64,000 nucleotides of DNA. It comes from Mobula hypostoma. Its lineage: Eukaryota. Position 1 is the first letter of the stretch. The number at the start of each line of letters is the position of its first letter. Positions 49,401 through 61,060 of this stretch are shown here, piece by piece. The stretch is from the NCBI RefSeq assembly GCF_963921235.1, contig NC_086108.1, positions 107,076,001 to 107,140,000 of the forward strand, given 5' to 3'. The notes under the pieces were generated by a model. It searched no databases. It worked only from the letters and a program-made list of their open reading frames with translations, and had not been told where the DNA came from. A program made the translations under genes and the position numbers.

Positions 49401-50040
49401 CCAATGACCCATATATCCGAACCCCTGCCCCATGCACCAGTTCCTCAGCCACACATTCACCTGCCAAATCATCCTATTCCTACCCTCACTGGCAAGTGGC
49501 ACAGGCAGCAATCCAGAGATTACTACTTTGGAGTTTTTGTTTCTCAGCTTTCTACCTAGCTCCCTAAAATCTCTCTTCAGGACCTCCTCACCTTGTCTAC
49601 CTGAGTCATTGGTGCCAATATGACCCAGGACTTCTGGCTGCTCACCCTCACCCTTGAGAACACCATTGACCTGATCCGAGACATCCCTAATCCTGGCACC
49701 AGGGAGGCAACATACCATCTGGATGTATCCTTTGCACCCACAGAATCTCGTCTCTGTTCCTCTGCAGTCCCCTTCACCTCTCTGCTGTTCGGAGCCACAA
49801 CACCAGCCTGATACTTGGTCACTGTGGCTCCCCCCAGTAGGTCATCACCCTCAATAGCACCTAAAGTTTTATACTTATTATTGAAGGGAACAGCCACAGG
49901 TGTATTTCCTTCTCCTAACAGTCACCCAGTTACCTGTCTCCTGCAACCTAGAGACTACCTCCCTGTAGCTCCAATCTATCACCTTCTCATTCTCCCATGT
50001 GAGTTGAAGGTCAATGAGCTGCAGCTCCAGTTCCTTGAGT
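46473..50040 (-). mobile_element. Decayed near-full-length CR1 (ORF1 SGNH-esterase, APE endonuclease, RT)
   Basis: ORF1 CLPGARIRDV..HIGTND..ISGLLPV; EN LYLNALSIQNK..GITESWL; KSPGPDGVHPRVLKE; RT SGVPQESVLGPILF, KFADD; many stops and deletions. Confidence 0.92.
46548..46749 (-). mobile_element. Penelope-derived insertion with hammerhead core (46607-46642)
   Basis: 12 bp TSD TCAATCCTGGAA; reverse complement reads AGTC-CTGATGA-AGGGTCTCGGCCT-GAAAC-GTC-GACT. Confidence 0.85.
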
Positions 50041-50645
50041 GATCAGTCTGCGTCAGTCACTAGATCGGACCTAATTGTACAAAAGGGCATGTCAATATTA
50101 TCCTTCACACCACGTTGCTTTCTGTAAGAGCTTTTAATTTCTCCCTCTATCTGCATGGGTGTTTCTGGGTACTCCTGTTCCTTCTCACATTCCCTGACAC
50201 ACGGGTTCGGGTCAGTGGGTGGAGGTGTTGATCAGCCTCACTGCTTGGGGAAAGTTACTGTTTTTGAGTCTGATGGTGCTGGTGTGGATGCTACATAGCC
50301 TCCTCCCTGAAGGGAGTGGGACAAACAGTCCATGAGCGAGGTGTATGGAATCCTTTTCCAGCTGGTGCCAGTGATGTGATAGACAGTTTTGACTAATGGA
50401 TGCAGAGCCTTCCTGTCCACCGTAAGACAATGGAGCGCACAATTATATTGAGATAGATTCTGAGGTCAAGAGTCATCTTATTGTACTGGAGGAGTATGAC
50501 AGTGGGGTAGAATGTGTCCTCATGCCTATTGGAGTGTATTTCAGCCTTTTTTTGTCTTCCCTCTGATGGATGGGAGAGAGGGCAGAATGCCTGGTGTGGG
50601 GTTCTTGATAATGGTAGCTGCCTTACTCAGGCAGTGTAAAGTGTA

Positions 50646-51270
50646 AACATAAGAACATAGAAAATTGAAATCTACAGCACATTACAGGCCCTTCAGCCCA
50701 CAATGTTGTGCCAACCATGTAACCTACTCTAGAAACTGCCTAGAATTTCCCTACCACATAGCCCTCTGTTTTTCTAAGTTCCATGTGCCTATCCAAAAGG
50801 CTCTTAAAAGACCCTATTGTATCTGCCTTCAACACTGCCGCCGGCAGTGCATTCCACGCACCCACCATTCTCTGTGTGAGAAACTTACCCCTGACATCCC
50901 CTCGGTACCTGCTTTCAAGCATCTTAAAACCATGCCCCCCACTGCCCGTGTTAGCCATTTCAGCCCTGGGAAAAAGCCTCTGACTATCCACAAGATCAAT
51001 ACCTCTCATCATCTTATACACCTCTATATGATCACCACTCATCCTCCGTCACTCCAAGGTGAAAAGGCCAAGTTCACTTAACCTGTTCTCGTAAGGCACA
51101 ATCTCCAATCCAGGCAACATCCTTGCAAATCCCCTCTGCACTCTTTCTATAGTATCCACATCCTTCCCATAGTGAGGGGACCACAACTAAACATAGTATT
51201 CCAAGTGGGGTCTGACCAAGATCTTATATAGCTGTAACATTACCTCATGACTCTTGAACTCAATCCCACG
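50646..51270 (-). mobile_element. CR1 3' fragment
   Basis: ORF 50740-51042 GDHIEVYKMMRG...AWNALP. Confidence 0.9.
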
Positions 51271-51616
51271 GTTTGAGTTCAAGAGATCCTGCAGATGTTG
51301 GAAATCCAGAAAACACACACACACAAAAGCTGGAGGAACTCAGCAGGCCAGGCAGCATCTTTGGAGAGGAATAACAAGCCATTGCTTCAGGCCTAGACCT
51401 TTCATCAGGACTGCTGAGTGGTCTCGAACTGAAATATTGACTCTTTATTTCTCTCCACAGATGCTGCCTGACCTGCTGAGTTTGTCCAACATTTTGCGGG
51501 AGTAAAGTGTAGACAGAATCCATGGAGGGCAGACTGGCTTGATGACGTGTTGTGCTGCGTCTGTAGCTCTGTCTGCAGGTTCTTGAGGTCATGGTAGAGC
51601 AGTTGCCATGCCAAGC

Positions 51617-52163
51617 TGTCAGGGTCACGAGCAAACTCAAGTGCAGGAATCACAGAGCCTTTGGCAATTCAAACAAAAGATTTATTACAGAGATGAATTA
51701 GAAAAACTAACACGAGCTCAGGCAAACTATACAGAATCTTGAAGAACTGAAATCATTCACAATGAAGAGAAAGATCCACATTGACCAAAGAGAGTTTGGC
51801 ATGTCCCCATGAAATACTCCCCGGAACACGTAGGAATTCAGGACTAATCAGATAGCCCCGGTCTCCAGATGAAGCAATAACCCCCAAAGGCAACAACTAC
51901 AAGACATTGAAAATCCCAGGTTAATTGAATTACCCCAAACTGAATCAAAGTGATAAATACAAAGAGAGTTTAACAATCCCCATGATCACAAATGAGACAC
52001 CTGCAACACAAAGTGAACAACCAGAGCCAGTCCAAAAACAAACAATTGGACAGAAAAGGTAAACAATCCAAGGAACACCGCATACCTGAGAAAATACAAT
52101 CCACCTACTAAATAAAAAAAAATCTTTTCTTTTTTTTAAAAAAAACAACCCCTGTTTGTGACA
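51617..52163 (-). mobile_element. Solo LTR
   Basis: TGTCA...TGACA termini; exact 5 bp TSD CAAGC; AATAAA on the minus strand near 51681. Confidence 0.8.
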
Positions 52164-52695
52164 CAAGCTGTGATTTTGCAGGCATGTAGAGCAACCCAAT
52201 CCCCTCTAAACCATCACTTAAACTGTCACTACCTCATTCCATGCTCACAAAATCCGTAGCTGGAGAAGAAATGTTCAAAGCTCAGGGTTCGGAAAATGGC
52301 AGACTGATCTGACTTCGACAGGCACAGCTCAGCACTATAATTTTTGACACTTTCTAGCCACTCTTCCTGCAGGCAAAATGAGCTCCAAGACTCCAATAGC
52401 ACAGGAGGCAGCCATTCAATGTATTGCATCTGTGCAGAATCTTCCAATTAATACCACTCTCCTGCAGCTTTACCTCAGTTGGTAGCATACTCACTTCTAA
52501 GACTCTGAGTTCTAGTCCCACTACAGACACTCAGAGCCACAAAAAACATACAAACACACACTGAAACAAGCTGTTCGGCCTAATTCTTCCACGTTGACCA
52601 AGCTGCCTGTCTAAGCTAGTCCCATTCACCTGCCCACAAACCCTTTCTCTCTTGTCCCTCCTGTCTTTGTACTTATCCAGACATCTGCTAATTGT

Positions 52696-53058
52696 AAACA
52701 CAAGAGATTCTGCCGATGCTGGAAATCCAGAGCAGCACACACAGAATGCTGGAGGAACGCAGTAGCTTAGGCCGCATCCATGGAAAGGAATAAATAGTCA
52801 ACATCTCAGGCTGAGACCCTTCATCAGGGCCGGAATAGGAAAGTAGGGGATGGGAAGAGTACAAGCTAGATGGAGATAGGTGAAGCCAGTTGGTGCGGGG
52901 CAGAAGGGAGGGGTTTGAAGTAAGAAGCAGGGAGCAGATAGGTGGAAAAAGCAAAGGGCTGGAGAAGAAGGAATCTGATAGGATAGGAGAGTAGACAATG
53001 GAAGAAAAGGAAGGAGGAGGGGCACCAGCGGAAGGTGACAGGCAGGTCAACTGTTAAT
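52696..53058 (-). mobile_element. Penelope-derived 3' fragment
   Basis: TSD TCTG(C/T)TAATTGT; decayed hammerhead at about 52796-52831. Confidence 0.75.
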
Positions 53059-54254
53059 TCTGTTAATTGTTGTTCTTGTACTGTCCTCACAGTCCAAGTA
53101 CTCATCTGGATATTTGGAAATGACTAATAGTGGTGGTTGTCCGTCATATTCAATGATGACAGGAGACCTGCGCCTGTTTTTAAAGTAGAAAAGCCACTGC
53201 ACTAGGGAAGTTCCACTCTCTTGACCTCAAATCCAGGTCCAGTGGGTATAAACTGAGGTCTTCCTTGGTTGCCGTGGATGACCATGACGCCTTTGGTGCC
53301 TTGTCATGCCCTTTGCTCTGCAGGGAGCATTGCAAGTCTGATCACGCTCAAAACACCAATAAAGACAGCAATGAGTGCAAAGCAATGGAGTTGTGCAAAG
53401 TATGCTAGGGTCAACAAATGGGGGTAGAATTAAGGTTCAAAGTTCAAAGTGCATTCATTATCAAAGTACGTATACAGTATACAACCTTGAGGTTCAGTTC
53501 CTCCAGACAGACATAAAACAAAGAAAACCATGGAACCCTTTCAAAGAAAAACATCAAACACCCCCTATGCGAAAAAACAGCACAAACGGCAGAAAGAACA
53601 GCAACCCCACCTTCCGTGCACAAAAAAAAAGTACAAACGACAACAAGAAAGGTGATCAAAAGCACAAAATCGGTAGAGTCCAATCGACAAACTGCAGACC
53701 CATATCGCGGCTGCACCACTGGGAAGGGGATGTGAGAGGGGTGACTGGTTCAGGAGTCTGACGGCAGCAGGGAGAAATCTGTTCTTAAGTCTGCCTGTCC
53801 AGGCTTTGAAGCCTCTGGATCTTCTCCCAGAAGGTAGAAAGGAGAAACGGGATTAATCAGGGTGGTAGGCACACTTGACCAAACTTTTAACCTGCTAGAG
53901 GCAGCGCACCACCGCACCACGGTAGATTGGTAGCAGTTAGCGTGAACCTATTACTGCTCAGGGTGTCAGAGTTCAATCGCAGCGGCCTCTTTCAGTGTTT
54001 GTATGTCCTCCACGCAGAATGAAGTCCAAAGACTTACCAGTTAGTAGATGAATTGCTCATTATAGGTTGCCCCTTGATTAGGCTAGAGTTAAAGAGGCAA
54101 CTTGTTGGGTGGTGCAACTGACTGGGCCAGAAGGGCATGTTCTGCGCTGTATCTCTAAATTAAAAAGTAAATATTAATTCATTCATTGAATTCATTAATT
54201 TATTTATCACATGTACATCAAAACATACAGTGAAATACATCAGTTGTGTTAACT

Positions 54255-54440
54255 GGCACGTGGTTAAGGCATTCATCTAGTGACCTGAAGCTCACTAGTT
54301 TGAGCCTGAGCTGTGGCAGTGTGTTTGTGTCCTTGAGCAAGGCACTTTACCACACATTACCCATGCAGACTTCCAATCTGCACCTTGTAAGGCATGAAAA
54401 TGCCCAATGCAGGCCTCTCATGGTCTGAGTCAACGTTGCC
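54255..54440 (+). mobile_element. tRNA/CORE-like SINE variant with a different tail
   Basis: Head matches the 32656 family (GTGGTTAAGGCATT..GTGTCCTTGAGCAAGGCACTT); the 3' part differs. Confidence 0.6.
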
Positions 54441-54522
54441 TCCCATCCCCTCCCTGTGTTAACAGCCACTATGCTAAAGGCAGCACACAGGTGACTGGAT
54501 GGAAGGAACAGCTGAGCTTTTG

Positions 54523-55549
54523 CACTTAGTCACCATTTCATTACGTACCTGCTCCACATAATGAAGTGGCCACTGAGCGCATATCCGTGGCCTTTTGCCC
54601 ATCCACTTCAAAGTTCGACGTGTTGTACATTCAGATATGCTTTTCTGCTCATCACTGTTGCAACACATAGCTATTTGAGTTCCTGTTGCCTTCCCGTCAG
54701 CTTGAACCAGTCCGGCCATTCTCTTTTGGCCTCTCTCATTCACAAGGTGTTTCCTCCCATAGAACTGCCACTTACTGGGGGTTTTTTTTGTTTGTTTCTC
54801 ACACCATTCTCTGCAAGCTCTGAAGACAGTTGTGTATAGAAAACCTAGGAGATCAGCAGTTTCTGAGATACTCAAACCACCCCATGTGGCACCAAGAATC
54901 ATTCCGTGGTCAAAGTCACTAAAATTATATTTCAATGTTCAAATTTTGAGGTAAATTTATTATTAAAGTGTGCCTCAATGACCTGGAGAGCTATGCTGGC
55001 TGGAGTCAGGGTTTTATTTTTTGACTCTTGGTCGGGTCACCCATGCCAAACAGATCAAAGGGTAGAAGCCAGATTATTAGGGGTTCATTGGTCCTCCGGG
55101 TTCAGGGGTTTAGCTCAGGGCTAATAGCCCTGAATGGTCAAAAAACAATTGTAATGAAAACAACAATGAAGAATCCTTCTATATCTGTGTGCGATGGTGT
55201 ATGGCCAACTCCAGACAGAGACGGAGATCCTTCATTGCACCATCAGCATAACAGGCAGTAACTACTAACTACTGTACATCTATGTCACCATATACAACCC
55301 TGAGATTTGCTTTATTGTGGGCATGCTCATTAAATCAAAGAAACATAATAGAATTAATTTCTTAACAAACTCAGATAGTTTCAAATGACTCAAATAGAAT
55401 AACCTGATGTTTGGTCTGAACAGCCACTGAATCTCTTGACTAGGACTGTATGTTTTTATGCATTGAGTTGCTGCCACGTGATTGGCCGATGCGATATTTG
55501 CATTAACGAGCAAGTGTACAGGTGTACCTGATAAAGGGGCCACTGACTG
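54523..55549 (-). mobile_element. Tc1/mariner derivative interrupted at about 54935-55400
   Basis: ORF 54474-54935 SDFDHGMILGA..GGLSISETADLLG..TTRRTLKWMG (paired-like HTH); degenerate TIRs at both ends. Confidence 0.8.
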
Positions 55550-58276
55550 AGCCATGAGGTCCTGGTAAGAAACCTTCCTTCGTTTGCACCCAGTAAACTT
55601 ACAGAAGGAAATGTAAGGATATGTGCATTGTGTGGGCAGAGGGGTTTAGATTATTTGGACTTATGGATCAAAATCAGAATCAAGTTTAATATTGCATGTT
55701 GTGAAATTTCTTAACTTTGTGGCAGCAGTACAATGCAATACGTGATAAATTTAAGATAAAAACTGAATTACAGTAAATACATATGTATATTAAATAGCCA
55801 AATTAAGATCATACAAAAAAAGAATTTAAAAATAAGTCACAAGGTAGTGTTCATGAATTCAATGTCCCTTCAGAAATTGGACGGCAGATGGGAAGCAGTT
55901 GTCCCTGGATCATTGAGTGTGTGCCTTCAGGCCTGTGTACCTCACTCCTGACTGGAACAATAACAACAAGGTGGTGGGGGTCCTTAATGATGGATGCCAC
56001 CTTATTAAGACACTCCTCCCTGAAGATGTCTTGGATACTACAGGGGCTAGTGTCCATGATGTCAAAGATAGCGTTGACTAATTTTACAACACTCTAAAGT
56101 TTACTTCGATCCTGGGCAATAGCTCCCCCTTCTACCATGCCAGACAGTGACAGGGCCAGTTAGAATGCTCTCCATGGTACATCTGTAGAAATTTTCAGGA
56201 GTTTTAGGTGAAATACCAAAGCTCTTCAAACTCCTGATGAAATATAGCCCATAATTTAATTGGTTCTTCTCATTATGGGCTGAACAGTCTGTTCCTGTGT
56301 TGTACTGGCCTATGTTCTATAAACAGAACACAGGACCAAAGAACATAGATGTTGGTCTTGGGAGGAAGTGGGGAAGTAACCTTTTGACTCATACAAGGTG
56401 ACCATGGAGATTACTGTCATGGTTCCAATCAATGTCACACTCATCTTCCCTGCTCCGCACTGCAAACTTGGCACAGAATCACAGAAGACAACACAAGGCA
56501 CATTGCCAACTTCCCACTCTCCATAAATATACTGACAAGTTCGACTCCTTCCATTTCACTGTGCCATCTTGGCATTCAAACAGCCTCTGATGTTCACCAC
56601 TAAATAGGTCAGACATCAACCATTGTGCAGAACCTTGATTAAAACATTGATTTTCAGCCCAGCTGGAGAATTGCAGGCCATTTTGAGAAAGACAGTTTTG
56701 GGAAGGAATTCAAAACCGCAGAAAAGACTCAGCGGAGATTTACTGGAAATGTGATGTGAATGAAGGACTTCAGTTACAAGGAGAGGCTAATATTATTCTC
56801 AGCTCTGCAGAGAAGGTTATGAGGAAATAGTAAATTTTCCCTGAATAAAGAGAAGCTGCAGAAGAATAGTAGACTCAGCCCAATACATCACAGGCACAAC
56901 CTTCCACACCATCAGTAGTATCTATAGGAGCACTGCATCAAGAAAGCAACATTTATTGTATCATCAAAGACCCACATGATTTGGGCCATGCCATTTTCTC
57001 ACAGCTCCATCAGGCAGGAGGTACAGAAGCCTGAAGTCCCACTTATAGTGGAATAATTACTTCTGTACAACCATTTGGTTCTAACCTCTAATTTTTAACT
57101 TAACTGTTGTTGTTATTCGCTATGCCTTGTGACGCATCGGGCAGCAAACTTGCCATTTTTTAGCATTGTTGTCTGCTTGTTTATGAGGCCGAGTTGGTAG
57201 CTTGATGCAAAACCCAGCAGGGATGGGAAGCGTGCAAGGAGCAGGCTATTTTGAACTTGGGACCATTCGCCTCAAAGTCCGATGTGGATGCCTCTACACC
57301 GCCAGCTGGCTTTGGCTTAATTAATCTTTATTTATTTATATGTAGTGGGGGGTGGAGGAGGGGAAGTGGGACAGTTATTGTTTCTGCTGCTGTTTATGTG
57401 TGGAGGGGGAAGGGAGTTTTTGGGGATCCAATATTTTCCTGTCATTCATTCTTTTGGGTTTTTTCCTCTCTGTTTTGTGGATGTCTGTGAAGAGTAAAGA
57501 TTTCAGATTGCATACCGTATACGTTCTCCGACATTAAATTGAACCATTGGACCAATTCTTTATTTTTATCTAATTCTTCATTCTTTACATTTGCTAAATG
57601 CTGCTGTTTTAGTTCCATGTTACACCAAGACACTACAGCAAATTTTTAATGCATGTGAAAGTACAAAGTGAATAAAACTGATCCTTGATCCAACCAGCAA
57701 AATACTAATCGTTAGAGTGAAGCGACACTACAATCACTTTGTAAGCCAGCTGTCTGACCCACTGAGCTCCTCAGCGTGCCAGACTGTAGGATCTGCAATC
57801 CCTTACATTGACCTGGAAACTATTTGGGGAAATGGAAATGAATAATGAGCAAGTGCAGACTTAAATAAAAGATTAGCCTGATGTGTTGCAATTACATTGA
57901 AACACACGGTGAAATGCATCAGTGACCAATGCATTCTGAGGGTTGTGCTGAGGTCAGCCCGCTAGTGTCGCCATGTGCCAACATGGCAGGCTCACAACTC
58001 GTTAATCCTAAACAGTACCTCTTTGGAATGTGGGAGGAAACTGCAGCACCCAGAGAAAATCCACATGGTCATGGACAAAGTGTAAAAAAACTCCATACAG
58101 ACAGCAGGGGGAATTAGACCATAAGATATAGGAGCAGAACTAGGCCATTAGGCCTATCAAGTCTGATTGCCATTTTATCATGGCTGATCCATTCTCCCTC
58201 TCGGCCTCAATCTCCTGCCTTCTCCCTGTATCCCCTCATGCCCAGACCACACAAGAATTTATCAAACTCTGCCTTA

Positions 58277-58868
58277 GGGCCTGTCCCCTAAAACCTTCAC
58301 TAATTTTTATAGGTGCACCATAGAAAGCATTCTTCTTGAGTGCATCACAACCTGGTATGGAAGTTGTCCTGTCCAAGACTGGAAGAAGCTGCAGAAGATC
58401 GTGAACACAGCCCAGCACATCACACAAACCAATCTTCCGTCCTTGGACTCACTTTACACCGCAGGCTGTCGGAGCAGTGCTGCCAGGATAATCAAGGACA
58501 CGACCCACCCAGCCAACACACTTTTCGTCCCTCTTCCCTCCGGGAGAAGGCTCAGGAGCTTGAAGACTTGTATGGCCAGATTTGGGAACAGCTTCTTTTC
58601 AACTGTGATAAGACTGCTGAACGGATCCTGACTGGGTCTGGGTACCCTCCAAATATCTGGGCCTGCCTCTTGTTTTTTTTTTGCACTACCTTACTTTCCC
58701 TTTTCTATTTTCTATTTATGATTTATAATCTAAATTTTTAATATTCACTATCAATTTGTACTCCAGGAAGCGCAAAGTGCAGAATCAAGTATTGCTGTGA
58801 TGATTGTATGCTCTAGTATCAATTGTTTGGTGACAATAAGCTATAAAGTGTAAAGTAAAGTATAAAGT
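58277..58868 (+). mobile_element. Rex1/Babar-like LINE 3' fragment inserted in a minus-strand CR1 (58116-59560)
   Basis: AARIIKDTTHPANTLFVPLPSGRRLRS; (TAAAG)n tail; host CR1 resumes at AAATATACCCAATGAC. Confidence 0.85.
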
Positions 58869-59914
58869 ATAAATATACCCAATGACTTGGCCTCCATAGT
58901 AACCTGTGGCAACAAGTTCCACAGATTTACCACTCTCTGGCTAAAGAAATTCCTCCTCTTCCCTGTTCTAAAAGGACACCCCTCTGTTCTGAAGCTGTGG
59001 CCTTTGGTCACCATAGGAAACATCCTCACCACATCAGCTGTATTGTGGCCTTTCAAAATGTGATAGGTTTCAATAAGGTCAGCCCCTCATTCTTCTAAAT
59101 TCTAGTGAATACAGCCCCAGAGCCATCAAAAGCTCCTCATATGACAAGACTTCCATTCCAGAATCATTTTCATGAACCTCCTTTGACCCTGCTCCAACGT
59201 CAGCACATCCTTTCTCAGGGAATAGCCTCAAAACTGCTCACAATACTCCAAGTGAAGCCCGACCAGTGCTTTATATCCTTGCTTTTAGATTCTGGTCCTT
59301 CCTCACCACTGATTCAACCTGCAAGTTAACCTTTAGGGAATTCTGCACTAGGACTCCCAAATCCCTTTTGCACCTCAAAAGTTTTGAATTTTCTCTCCAC
59401 TTAGAAAATATTCTATGCTTTTATTTCTTCTCCCAAAGTGCAAGACCATACACTTCCCAACAATGTACAGTATTCCATCTGCCACTTCTTTGCCATTCTC
59501 CTAATCTATCTAAGTCCTTCTGTAGCTTCTCTGCTTTCTCAAAACTACCAGCCCCTCCACCCCGATTTGAACCCTGATCAGTGATTGCTGGTGTAAAGTG
59601 ATCGCGCTAACCACTATACCACTCCATGGTACTGTGCCTCCTTTTATGTCATTCAGTTGTACAAATAAAATCGGCTTCATTCAGCTCCAATAAGCTTGTG
59701 AAAAATGCCTAAGTGAGGCTGTGATGAGGAATTAAAACACAATTGATTGAAAGCTCAGGGTCAGGCCTGAAGATTCAATAGAGCTGTCGAATGAGTGACA
59801 TAGTCACTCGATCTATGTTTGGTCAATCTCTTTGCAGCCTGAGGTCATGTCCTTAGGGCATTGTGTTCAATGTGGATTATGAACTCATTTCTTGTCAGGA
59901 GCCTTCCCTAGAAT

Positions 59915-60555
59915 ATGGAACTTGAGGACCTGCTTTACAGGGAAAGGTTGAATAGGTTAGTGCTTCATTCCCTACAGCGGAGGGAAATTAGGGGAAATTT
60001 GATGGAGGCATACAAAATTATGAGGGGTTTATGGAAAATGCAAGCAGGTTTTTTTCCACTGAGGTTGGATGAGACTAGAACTAGAGGTCATAGGTTAAGG
60101 GTGAAAGGTGAAATGTTTAAAACAATCATGAGGAAGAATTTCTTCACTCAGAGGGTGGTGCGAGTATGGAACCAGTTGCCAGTGCAAGTGGTGGATGCAT
60201 ATTCTTTTTCAACATTAAAACGGAATTTCAATAGATATGTGTATGTGTGGTAAACTATATATATGTTGTAACTGGGTTAACTGTCTGGACATGCCCCTCT
60301 ACTGACTGCCCCTGTGGCTCCTCCCACAGACCCCTGAATAAAGGTGATTTCGCCTTGCCCCTCCCCCTCTGTCTGGGAGCAGACATTCAGCATGGAAGTT
60401 GTATCTTACTGTGTATAAAAGCCTTTAAGTATTTACCCTACTTCAGTCTTTTGGAGTTATTGAAGGTGCTTCAGTATGAGAAGGCTATGGAGGGCTATGG
60501 TCCGGGTGCAGGTTGATGGAACTAGGCAGAATAATAGTTTGGCATTGACTAGATG
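59915..60555 (+). mobile_element. CR1 3' fragment hosting a solo LTR
   Basis: ORF 59915-60253 RERLNRL..TRGHRLRV..FFTQRVVRVWN. Confidence 0.85.
60246..60473 (+). mobile_element. Short solo LTR (228 bp)
   Basis: TG...CA termini; exact 5 bp TSD GTATG; same family as 41900-42128. Confidence 0.88.
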
Positions 60556-60626
60556 TGATATAAGTTCTCAATCTTGCATGCATATTGTGATTTGCTATGT
60601 CCATGATGGCATGTGGGAAAGAAAGG

Positions 60627-61060
60627 GTTAAGATGTGAGGAGCATTTGATGGCTCTGAGCCTGTACTCACCAGTGTTTAGAAGAAAGAGAGGGACCTCAC
60701 TGAAATCAATCAAATATTGAAATGCCTAGAAAGAGTGGATGTGGAGACAATGTATCCCATAGTGGGAGAGTCTGGGATCAAAAAGCACAGGATCAGAATG
60801 GAAGGACATCCCTTTAGAGCAGAGATGAGGAGGAATTTCATTAGTAAGAGGTTGGTGAATCTATGGAATTCATTCATCTACAGATGGCTGTAGGGCCAGG
60901 TATTTAAAGTGAAGGTTGATAGGTTCCTGATGAGTAAGTGTGCCAAAGGTTACAGGAAGAAGACAGAGGAATAGAGTAGAGAGGGATAATAAATCAGCCG
61001 TGATTGAATGGTGGAATAGACTCAATGGGCTGAATGGCCTAATTCTGCTCTCATGGTGTT
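60627..61060 (+). mobile_element. CR1 3' fragment
   Basis: EMRRNF..RLVNLWNS motif and 3' UTR. Confidence 0.8.

Noticed and set aside
49299..49718. Host SGNH hydrolase gene
   Set aside because: It is the esterase domain of CR1 ORF1, upstream of the endonuclease and RT remnants
41900..60473. A single 18.5 kb LTR retrotransposon bounded by two similar LTRs
   Set aside because: Each LTR has its own distinct TSD, and no gag/pol or primer-binding site is evident between them
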